Shown piece after piece: positions 1 through 11,752 of a DNA stretch of 64,000 bases. The stretch lies in the NCBI RefSeq assembly GCF_009914755.1, contig NC_060939.1. The stretch is one strand, 5' to 3'. The stretch's first letter is position 1. Each line of letters starts with the position of its first letter. This stretch comes from the human T2T-CHM13v2.0 reference genome, Homo sapiens. The position numbers and the translations under genes are program-made. The notes beneath the pieces were generated by a model. The model saw only the letters and a program-made list of their open reading frames with translations. It made no database searches and was not told the DNA's origin.

Positions 1-319
1 TTTGTGATATATCCCTGCAATGATAACCCAGGTGATATACCACTTGCCAAGGCTCTGCCTACAGGGGCATTGCAATGTATCTCTGCACTGATCACCTAGG
101 TCTTGTAGCTATTTTCTAGGATCTGCCTACAGGGTTCTTTGTGACGTGTCCCAGCAAGGATTACCCAGGTGACGTACCTCTCATCAAGACTCTGCCTACA
201 GGCACATTGTGATGTATCTCTGCACTGATCACCCAGGTCATGTAACTTTTTCTAGGCTCTACCTATGATGGCATTGTGACATATCTCTGCACTAATCATC
301 CAAGTGATGTAACCCTTGT

Positions 320-2224
320 CTAGGATGTGCCTAAATTAACTTTTTGACATAACCCTGTACTGATCATCCAGGTGATGGAGCTTTTGTCTAGGCTCTGCCT
401 AAGGGGGCATTGTGACATATTTCTGCATTGATCACCCAGGTGGCAAACTCTTCTCTCGGATCTGCCTATGGGGGCATTGTGAGAAATCTCTGCACTGATA
501 ACCCAGGTGATGTAACTGTTGTGTAACCTCTGCCTACAGGGGAATTGTGAGAGATCTCGTCACTGATTACCCAAGTGATGTAACCGATGTCTAGGCATTG
601 CATACAGGGGGCTTTGTGACATACATTTGCACTGATCACCCAGGTGATGTAACACATCTAAGTTCGGCCTAAAGGAGCTTTGTGACATATCTCTGCACTG
701 ATCACTTAGGTGATGTAACACTTTTATAATCACTGCCTACAGGGAATTTTGACAAATCTCTGCACTGATCACCTAGGTGATGTCACTCTTGTCTACCCTC
801 TGTGCAACGGGGCCTTGTGAAATATCTCTGCACTGATCACCCAGGTGATTCAACTCTTGACTAGGAACTGCCTACAGAGTTTATTGTGAAATATCTCTGC
901 ACTGATAAACTAGGTGGTGTAAACCTTGTCCAAGCTCTGCCTACAGGGGCGTTTCCACATATCCCTGAACTGATGACAAAGGTGATGTAACTCTTGCCTA
1001 GGCTTTGCCTACAGGGAACATTTGACATATATCTGCACTGATCACCCAGGTGATGCAACTCTTGCCTAGGCTTTGCCTACAGGGGACATTGTGACATATC
1101 TCTTCAATGATCACTCATGTGATGCATCTCTTGCCTAGGCTTTGCCTACAGGTGACATTGTGACATATCTCTGCACTGATCTCCCAGGTGCTGTAACTTT
1201 AGTCTAGGCTCTGGCTACACGGCATTGTGACATATCACTGCACTGATCAACCAGGTGATATAACTCTTGTATAGGCTCTGCCTACAGGGGGATTGTGACC
1301 TACCACTGCACTGATCACCCAGGTGATATAACTCTTCTCTAGGATCTGCCTACAGGGTACTTTGTGACATATCCCTGCACTGATCACCCAGGTGATCTAA
1401 CTCTGGTCTAAGCTCTGCCTAAAGGGGCATTGTGACAGATCTCTGCACTGATCACTCTGGTGATGTAAGTATTGTCTAGGCTCTGCTTCAAGGGGCCTTG
1501 TCATATACCTCTGCACTGATCACCCAGGTGATGTAACTCTTGTCTAGGCTCTGCTTCCAGGGCATATTGTGACATATCTAGGCACTGATCACCTTAGTGA
1601 TGTAACACTTTGGTAGGCTCGGCCTACAGGGGAATCTTGACATATCTCTGCACTGTTAACCGAGGTGATTTAACTTTTGTCTAGGCTGTGCCCACAGGGG
1701 GATTGAGACATATCTCTGCACTGATCCCGTGGTGATAAAACTCTTGCCTGGTCTCTGCCTACTGTGGACATTGAGACATATCTCTGCACTGATCTCCCAG
1801 GTGCTGTAACTTTAGTCTAGGCTGTGGCTACACGGCATTGTGACATATCACTGCACTGATCACCCAGGCGATACAGCTCTTCTCTAGGATCTGACCACAG
1901 GGTGCTTTGTGACATCTCCCTACAATGATCACCCAGGTGATATACCACTTGCCAAGGCTCTGCCTACAGGGCATTGCAATGTATCTCTGCACTGATCACC
2001 TAGGTCTTGTAGCTATTTTCTAGGATCTGCCTACAGGGTGCTTTGTGACGTGTCCCAGCAAGGATTACCCAGGTGATGTACCTCTCATCAAGGCTCTGCC
2101 TACAGGCACATTGTGATGTATCTCTGCACTGATCACCTAGGTCATGTAACTTTTTCCTAGGCTCTACCTACGATGGCATTGTGACATATCTCTGCACTAA
2201 TCATCCAAGTGATGTAACTCTTGT
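320..2224. repeat. Representative 28-monomer HOR unit (1905-1906 bp)
   Basis: Counted 28 TGATC-equivalent positions from 361 to 2198; the next unit restarts at 2266. The landmark CTAGGATGTG(C/T)CTAAATTAAC occurs once per unit: 320, 2225, 4131, 6037, 7943, 9917, 11753, 13659, 15494, 17400, 19235, 20528, 21752, 23658, 25563, then every 1906 bp to 63683. Confidence 0.95.
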
Positions 2225-4059
2225 CTAGGATGTGCCTAAATTAACTTTTTGACATAACCCTGTACTGATCATCCAGGTGATGGAGCTTTTGTCTAGGCTC
2301 TGCCTAAGGGGGCATTGTGACATATTTCTGCATTGATCACCCAGGTGGCGAACTCTTCTCTCGGGTCTGCCTATGGGGGCATTGTGAGAAATCTCTGCAC
2401 TGATAACCCAGGTGATGTAACTGTTGTGTAACCTCTGCCTACAGGGGAATTGTGAGAGATCTCGTCACTGATTATCCAAGTGATGTAACCGTTGTCTAGG
2501 CTTTGCAAACAGGGGGCTTTGTGACATATATTTGCACTGATCACCCAGGTGATGTAACACATCTAAGTTCGGCCTAAAGGAGCTTTGTGACATGTCTCTG
2601 CACTGATCACTTAGGTGATGTAACACTTTTATAATCACTGCCTACAGGGAATTTTGACAAATCTCTGCACTGATCACCTAGGTGATGTCACTCTTGTCTA
2701 CCCTCTGTGCAACGGGGCCTTGTGAAATATCTCTGCACTGATCACCCAGGTGATTCAACTCTTGACTAGGAACTGACTACAGAGGTTATTGTGAAATATC
2801 TCTGCACTTATAAACTAGGTGGTGTAAAACTTGTCCAAGCTCTGCCTACAGGGGCGTTTCCACATATCCCTGAACTGATGACAAAGGTGATGTAACTCTT
2901 GCCTAGGCTTTGCCTACAGGGAACATTGGACATATATCTGCACTGATCACCCAGGTGATGCAACTCTTGCCTAGGCTTTGCCTACAGGGGACATTGTGAC
3001 ATATCTCTTCAATGATCACTCCTGTGATGCATCTCTTGCCTAGGCTTTGCCTACAGGTGACATTGTGACATATCTCTGCACTGATCTCCCAGGTGCTGTA
3101 ACTTTAGTCTAGGCTCTGGCTACACGGCATTGTGACATATCACTGCACTGATCAACCAGGTGATATAACTCTTGTATAGGCTCTGCCTACAGGGGGATTG
3201 TGACCTACCACTGCACTGATCACCCAGGTGATATAACTCTTCTCCAGGATCTGCCTACAGGGTACTTTGTGACATATCCCTGCACTGATCACCCAGGTGA
3301 TCTAACTCTGGTCTAAGCTCTGCCTAAAGGGGCATTGTGACAGATCTCTGCACTGATCACTCTGGTGATGTAAGTATTGTCTAGGCTCTGCTTCAAGGGG
3401 CCTTGTCATATACCTCTGCACTGATCACCCAGGTGATGTAACTCTTGTCTAGGCTCTGCTTCCAGGGCATATTGTGACATATCTATGCACTGATCACCTT
3501 AGTGATGTAACACTTTGGTAGGCTCGGCCTACAGGGGAATCTTGACATATCTCTGCACTGTTAACCGAGGTGATTTAACTCTTGTCTAGGCTGTGCCCAC
3601 AGGGGGATTGAGACATATCTCTGCACTGATCCCGAGGTGACACAACTCTTGCCTGGTCTCTGCCTACTGTGGACATTGAGACATATCTCTGCACTGATCT
3701 CCCAGGTGCTGTAACTTTAGTCTAGGCTCTGGCTACACGGCATTGTGACATATCACTGCACTGATCACCCAGGCGATACAACTCTTCTCTAGGATCTGAC
3801 CACAGGGTGCTTTGTGACATCTCCCTACAATGATCACCCAGGTGATCTACCACTTGCCAAGGCTCTGCCTACAGGGGCATTGCAATGTATCTCTGCACTG
3901 ATCACCTAGGTCTTGTAGCTATTTTCTAGGATCTGCCTACAGGGTGCTTTGTGACGTGTCCCAGCAACGATTACCCAGGTGATGTACCTCTCATCAAGGC
4001 TCTGCCTACAGGCACATTGTGATGTATCTCTGCACTGATCACCTAGGTCATGTAACTTT

Positions 4060-7000
4060 TTCCCAGGCTCTACCTACGATGGCATTGTGACATATCTCTG
4101 CACTAATCATCCAAGTGATGTAACTCTTGTCTAGGATGTGCCTAAATTAACTTTTTGACATAACCCTGTACTGATCATCCAGGTGATGGAGCTTTTGTCT
4201 AGGCTCTGCCTAAGGGGGCATTGTGACATATTTCTGCATTGATCACCCAGGTGGCGAACTCTTCTCTCGGATCTGCCTATGGGGGCATTGTGAGAAATCT
4301 CTGCACTGATCACCCAGGTGATGTAACTGTTGTGTAACCTCTGCCTACAGGGGAATTGTGAGAGATCTCGGCAATGATTACCCAAGGGATGTAACCGATG
4401 TCTAGGCTTTGCATACAGGGGGCTTTGTGACATACCTTTGCACTGATCACCCAGGTGATGTAACACATCTAAGTTCGGCCTAAAGGAGCTTTGTGACATA
4501 TCTCTGCACTGATCACTTAGGTGATGTAACACTTTTATAATCACTGCCTACAGGGAATTTTGACAAATCTCTGCACTGATCACCTAGGTGATGTAACACT
4601 TGTCTACCCTCTGTCCAACGGGGCATTGTGAAATATCTCTGCACTGATCACCCAGGTGATTCAACTCTTGACTAGGAACTGCCTACAGAGGTTATTGTGA
4701 AATATCTCTGCACTGATAAACTAGGTGGTGTAAACCTTGTCCAAACTCTGCCTACAGGGGCGTTTCCACATATCCCTGAAGTGATGACAAAGGTGATGTA
4801 ACTCTTGCCTAGGCTTTGCCTACAGGGAACATTGGACATATATCTGCACTGATCACCCAGGTGATGCAACTCTTGCCTTGGCTTTGCCTACAGGGGACAT
4901 CGTGACATATCTCTTCAATGATCTCTCATGTGATGCATCTCTTGCCTAGGCTTTGCCTACAGGGGACATTGTGACATATCTCTGCACTGATCTCCCAGGT
5001 GCTGTAACTTTAGTCTAGGCTCTGGCTACACGGCATTGTGACATATCACTGCACTGATCAACCAGGTGATATAACTCTTGTATAGGCTCTGCCTACAGGG
5101 GGATTGTGACCTACCTCTGCATTGATCACCCAGGTGATATAACTCTTCTCTAGGATCTGCTTACAGGGTACTTTGTGACATATCCCTGCACTGATCACCC
5201 AGGTGATCTAACTCTGGTCTAAGCTCTGCCTAAACGGGCATTGTGACAGATCTCTGCACTGATAACTCTGGTGATGTAAGTATTTTCTAGGCTCTGCTTC
5301 AAGGGGCCTTGTCACATATCTCTGCACTGATCACCCAGGTGATGTAACTCTTGTCTAGGCTCTGCTTCCAGGGCATATTGTGACATATCTATGCACTGAT
5401 CACCTTAGTGATGTAACACTTTGGTAGGCTCGGCCTACAGGGGAATCTTGACATATCTCTGCACTGTTAACCGAGGTGATTTAACTCTTGTCTAGGCTGT
5501 GCCCACAGGGGGATTGAGACATATCTCTACACTGATCCCCAGGTGATACAACTCTTGCCTGGTCTCTGCCTACTGTGGACATTGTGACATATCTCTGCAC
5601 TGATCTCCCAGGTGCTGTAACTTTAGTCTAGGCTCTGGCTATACGGCATTGTGACATATCACTGCACTGATCACCCAGGAGATATAACTCTTCTCTAGGA
5701 TCTGACCACAGGGTGCTTTGTGACATATCCCTGCAATGATCACCCAGGTGATATATCACTTGCCAAGGCTCTGCCTACAGGGGCATTGCAATGTATCTCT
5801 GCACTGATCACCTAGGTCTTGTAGCTATTTTCTAGGATCTGTCTACAGGGTGCTTTGTGACGTGTCCCAGCAAGGATTACCCAGGTGATGTACCTCTCAT
5901 CAAGGCTCTGCCTACAGGCACATTGTGATGTATCTCTGCACTGATCACCTAGGTCATGTAACTTTTTCCCAGGCTCTACCTACGATGGCATTGTGACATA
6001 TCTCTGCACTAATCATCCAAGTGATGTAACTCTTGTCTAGGATGTGCCTAAATTAACTTTTTGACATAACCCTGTACTGATCATCCAGGTGATGGAGCTT
6101 TTGTCTAGGCTCTGCCTAAGGGGGCATTGTGACATATTTCTGCATTGATCACCCAGGTGGCGAACTCTTCTCTCGGATCTGCCTATGGGGGCATTGTGAG
6201 AAATCTCTGCACTGATCACCCAGGTGATGTAACTGTTGTGTAACCTCTGCCTACAGGGGAATTGTGAGAGATCTCGGCAATGATTACCCAAGGGATGTAA
6301 CCGATGTCTAGGCTTTGCATACAGGGGGCTTTGTGACATACCTTTGCACTGATCACCCAGGTGATGTAACACATCTAAGTTCGGCCTAAAGGAGCTTTGT
6401 GACATATCTCTGCACTGATCACTTAGGTGATGTAACACTTTTATAATCACTGCCTACAGGGAATTTTGACAAATCTCTGCACTGATCACCTAGGTGATGT
6501 AACACTTGTCTACCCTCTGTCCAACGGGGCATTGTGAAATATCTCTGCACTGATCACCCAGGTGATTCAACTCTTGACTAGGAACTGCCTACAGAGGTTA
6601 TTGTGAAATATCTCTGCACTGATAAACTAGGTGGTGTAAACCTTGTCCAAACTCTGCCTACAGGGGCGTTTCCACATATCCCTGAAGTGATGACAAAGGT
6701 GATGTAACTCTTGCCTAGGCTTTGCCTACAGGGAACATTGGACATATATCTGCACTGATCACCCAGGTGATGCAACTCTTGCCTTGGCTTTGCCTACAGG
6801 GGACATCGTGACATATCTCTTCAATGATCTCTCATGTGATGCATCTCTTGCCTAGGCTTTGCCTACAGGGGACATTGTGACATATCTCTGCACTGATCTC
6901 CCAGGTGCTGTAACTTTAGTCTAGGCTCTGGCTACACGGCATTGTGACATATCACTGCACTGATCAACCAGGTGATATAACTCTTGTATAGGCTCTGCCT

Positions 7001-7860
7001 ACAGGGGGATTGTGACCTACCTCTGCATTGATCACCCAGGTGATATAACTCTTCTCTAGGATCTGCTTACAGGGTACTTTGTGACATATCCCTGCACTGA
7101 TCACCCAGGTGATCTAACTCTGGTCTAAGCTCTGCCTAAACGGGCATTGTGACAGATCTCTGCACTGATAACTCTGGTGATGTAAGTATTTTCTAGGCTC
7201 TGCTTCAAGGGGCCTTGTCACATATCTCTGCACTGATCACCCAGGTGATGTAACTCTTGTCTAGGCTCTGCTTCCAGGGCATATTGTGACATATCTATGC
7301 ACTGATCACCTTAGTGATGTAACACTTTGGTAGGCTCGGCCTACAGGGGAATCTTGACATATCTCTGCACTGTTAACCGAGGTGATTTAACTCTTGTCTA
7401 GGCTGTGCCCACAGGGGGATTGAGACATATCTCTGCACTGATCCCCAGGTGATACAACTCTTGCCTGGTCTCTGCCTACTGTGGACATTGTGACATATCT
7501 CTGCACTGATCTCCCAGGTGCTGTAACTTTAGTCTAGGCTCTGGCTATACGGCATTGTGACATATCACTGCACTGATCACCCAGGAGATATAACTCTTCT
7601 CTAGGATCTGACCACAGGGTGCTTTGTGACATATCCCTGCAATGATCACCCAGGTGATATATCACTTGCCAAGGCTCTGCCTACAGGGGCATTGCAATGT
7701 ATCTCTGCACTGATCACCTAGGTCTTGTAGCTATTTTCTAGGATCTGTCTGCAGGGTGCTTTGTGACGTGTCCCAGCAAGGATTACCCAGGTGATGTACC
7801 TCTCATCAAGGCTCTGCCTACAGGCACATTGTGATGTATCTCTGCACTGATCACCTAGGT
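4060..7860. repeat. Two near-identical adjacent HOR copies (recent 1906-bp tandem duplication)
   Basis: Private variants repeat at +1906: GCCTTGGCTTT (~4879/6785), TAAACGGGCA (~5235/7141), CCAGGAGATAT (~5679/7585). ORF translations at 4131/6037 and 4672/6578 are identical. Confidence 0.88.
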
Positions 7861-7942
7861 CATTTAACTTTTTTCTAGGCTCTACCTACGATGGCATTGT
7901 GACATATCTCTGCACTAATCATCCAAGTGATGTAACTCTTGT

Positions 7943-9916
7943 CTAGGATGTGCCTAAATTAACTTTTTGACATAACCCTGTACTGATCATCCAGGTGATG
8001 GAGCTTTTGTCTAGGCTCTGCCTAAGGGGGCATTGTGACATATTTCTGCATTGATCACCCAGGTGGCGAACTCTTCTCTCGGATCTGCCTATGGGGGCAT
8101 TGTGAGAAATCTCTGCACTGATAACCCAGGTGATGTAACTGTTGTGTATCCTCTGCCTACAGGGGAATTGTGAGAGATCTCGTAACTGATTACCCAAGTG
8201 ATGTAACCGTTGTCTAGGCTTTGCATACAGGGGGCTTTGTGACATACATTTGCACTGATCACCCAGGTGATGTAACACATCTAAGTTCGGCCTAAAGGAG
8301 CTTTGTGACATATCTCTGCACTGATCACTTAGGTGATGTAACACTTTTATAATCACTGCCTACAGGGAATTTTGAGAAATCTCTGCACTGATCACCTAGG
8401 TGATGTAACTCTTGTCTACCCTCTGTGCAACGGGGCCTTGTGAAATATCTCTGCACTGATCACCCAGGTGATTCAACTCTTGACTAGGAACTGCCTACAG
8501 AGGTTATTGTGAAATATCTCTGCACTGATAAACTAGGTGGTGTAAACCTTGTCCAAGCTCTGCCTACAGGGGCGTTTCCACATATCCCTGAACTGATGAC
8601 AAAGGTGATGTAACTCTTGCCTAGGCTTTGCCTACAGGGAATATTGGACATATAAATGCACTGATCACCCAGGTGATGCAACTCTTGCCTAGGCTTTGCC
8701 TACAGGGGACATCGTGACATATCTCTTCAATGATCACTCATGTGATGCATCTCTTGCCTAGGCTTTGCCTACAGGGAACATTGGACATATATCTGCACTG
8801 ATCACCCAGGTGATGCAACTGTTGCCTAGGCTTTGCCTACAAGGGACATTGTGACATATCTCTGCACTGATCTCCCAGTTGCTGTAACTTTAGTCTAGGC
8901 TCTGGCTACACGGCATTGTGACATATCACTGCACTGATCAACCAGGTGATATAACTCTTGTATAGGCTCTGCCTACAGGGGGATTGTGACCTACCTCTGC
9001 ACTGATCACCCAGGTGATATAACTCTTCTCTAGGATCTGCCTACAGGGTACTTTGTGACATATCCCTGCACTGATCACCCAGGTGATCTATCTCTGGTCT
9101 AAGCTCTGCCTAAAGGGGCATTGTGACAGATCTCTGCACTGATCACTCAGGTGATGTAAGTATTGTCTAGGCTCTGCTTCAAGGGGCCTTGTCACATATC
9201 TCTGCACTGATCACCCAGGTGATGTAACTCTTGTCTAGGCTCTGCTTCCAGGGCATATTGTGACATATCTATGCACTGATCACCTTAGTGATGTAACACT
9301 TTGGTAGGCTCGGCCTACAGGGGAATCTTGACATATCTCTGCACTGTTAACCGAGGTGATTTAACTCTTGTCTAGGCTGTGCCCACAGGGGGATTGAGAC
9401 ATATCTCTGCACTGATCCCGAGGTGATACAACTCTTGCCTGGTCTCTGCCTACTGTGGACATTGGGACATATCTCTGCACTGATCTCCCAGGTGCTGTAA
9501 CTTTAGTCTAGGCTCTGGCTACACGGCATTGTGACATATCACTGCACTGATCACCCAGGCGATATAACTCTGCTCTAGGATCTGACCACAGGGTGCTTTG
9601 TGACATATCCCTGCAATGATCACCCAGGTTATACACCACTTGCCAAGGCTCTGCCTACAGGGGCATTGCAATGTATCTCTGCACTGATCACCTAGGTCTT
9701 GTAGCTATTTTCTAGGATCTGCCTACAGGGTGCTTTGTGACGTGTCCCAACAACGATTACCCAGGTGATGTACCTCTCATCAAGGCTCTGCCTACAGGCA
9801 CATTGTGATGTATCTCTGCACTGATCACCTAGGTCATGTAACTTTTTTCTAGGCTCTACCTACGATGGCATTGTGACATATCTCTGCACTAATCATCCAA
9901 GTGATGTAACTCTTGT
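7943..9916. repeat. 29-monomer HOR variant (1974 bp)
   Basis: Landmark spacing is 1974 = 1906+68. An extra GGGAACATTGGACATATATCTGCACTGATCACCCAGGTGATGCAAC monomer sits at ~8755-8822. Confidence 0.9.
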
Positions 9917-11752
9917 CTAGGATGTGTCTAAATTAACTTTTTGACATAACCCTGTACTGATCATCCAGGTGATGGAGCTTTTGTCTAGGCTCTGCCTAAG
10001 GGGGCATTGTGACATATTTCTGCATTGATCACCCAGGTGGCGAACTCTTCTCTCGGATCTGCCTATGGGGGCATTGTGAGAAATCTCTGCACTGATCACC
10101 CAGGTGATGTAACTGTTGTGTAACCTCTGCCTACAGGGGAATTGTGAGAGATCTCGTCAATGATTACCCAAGTGATGTATCCGTTGTCTAGGCTTTGCCT
10201 ACAGGGGGCTTTGTGACATACCTTTGCACTGATCACCCAGGTGATGTAACACATCTAAGTTCGGCCTAAAGGAGCTTTGTGACATATCTCTGCACTGATC
10301 ACTTAGGTGATGTAACACTTTTATAATCACTGCCTACAGGGAATTTTGACAAATCTCTGCACTGATCACCTAGGTGATGTAACTCTTGTCTACCCTCTGT
10401 CCAACGGGGCATTGTGAAATATCTCTGCACTGATCACACAGGTGATTCAACTCTTGACTAGGAACTGCCTACAGAGGTTATTGTGAAATATCTCTGCACT
10501 GATAAACTAGGTGGTGTAACCCTTGTCCAAGCTCTGCCTACAGGGGCGTTTCCACATATCCATGAACTGATGACAAAGGTGATGTAACTCTTGCCTAGGC
10601 TTTGCCTACAGGGAATATTGGACATATATCTGCACTGATCACCTAGGTGATGCAACTGTTGCCTAGGCTTTGCCTACGGGGGACATTGTGACATATCTCT
10701 GCCCTGATCTCCCAGTTGCTGTAACTTTAGTCTAGGCTCTGGCTACACGGCATTGTGACATATCACTGCACTGATCAACCAGGTGATATAACTCTTGTAT
10801 AGGCTCTGCCTACAGGGGGATTGTGACCTACCTCTGCACTGATCACGCAGGTGATATAACTCTTCTCTAGGATCCTCCTACAGGGTACTTTGGACATATC
10901 CCTGCACTGATCACCCAGGTGATCTCTCTCTGGTCTAAGCTCTGCCTAAAGGGGCATTGTGACAGATCTCTGCACTGATCACTCAGGTGATGTAAGTATT
11001 TTCTAGGCTCTGCTTCAAGGGGCCTTGTCACATATCTCTGCACTGATCACCCAGGTGATGTAACTCTTGTCTAGGCTCTGCTTCCAGGGCATATTGTGAC
11101 ATATCTATGCACTGATCACCTTAGTGATGTAACACTTTGGTAGGCTCGGCCTACAGGGGAATCTTGACATATCTCTGCACTGTTAACCGAGGTGATTTAA
11201 CTCTTGTCTAGGCTGTGCCCACAGGGGGATTGAGACATATCTCTGCACTGATCCCGAGGTGATACAACTCTTGCCTGGTCTCTGCCTACTGTGGACATTG
11301 TGACATATCTCTGCACTGATCTCCCAGGTGCTGTAATTTTAGTCTAGGCTCTGGCTACACGGCATTGTGACAAATCACTGCACTGATCACCCAGGCGATA
11401 TAACTCTTCTCTAGGATCTGACCACAGGGTGCTTTGTGACATATCCCTGCAATGATCACCCAGGTGATATACAACTTGCCAAGGCTCTGCCTACAGGGGC
11501 ATTGCAATGTATCTCTGCACTGATCACCTAGGTCTTGTAGCTATTTTCTAGGATCTGCCTACAGGGTGCTTTGTGAGGTGTCCCAGCAAGGATTACCCAG
11601 GTGATGTATCTCTCATCAAGGCTCTGCCTACAGGCACATTGTGATGTATCTCTGCACTGATCACCTAGGTCATGTAACTTTTTTCTAGGCTCTACCTACG
11701 ATGGCATTGTGACATATCTCTGCACTAATCATCCAAGTGATGTAACACTTGT
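9917..11752. repeat. 27-monomer HOR variant (1836 bp)
   Basis: Spacing is 1836. The 69-bp TCTTCAATGATCACTCATGTGATGCATC monomer is absent near 10660-10690, and there is a 1-bp deletion near 10892 (CTTTGGACAT). Confidence 0.88.

Noticed and set aside
60-72. G-runs (ACAGGGG) as possible G-quadruplex motifs
   Set aside because: There is only about one G-tract per 68-bp monomer, too far apart for a canonical intramolecular G4.
70-73. tRNA or structured ncRNA suggested by monomer size and short hairpins (applies to any monomer)
   Set aside because: No cloverleaf, T-loop GTTCGA or A/B box arrangement is present, only short local dyads.
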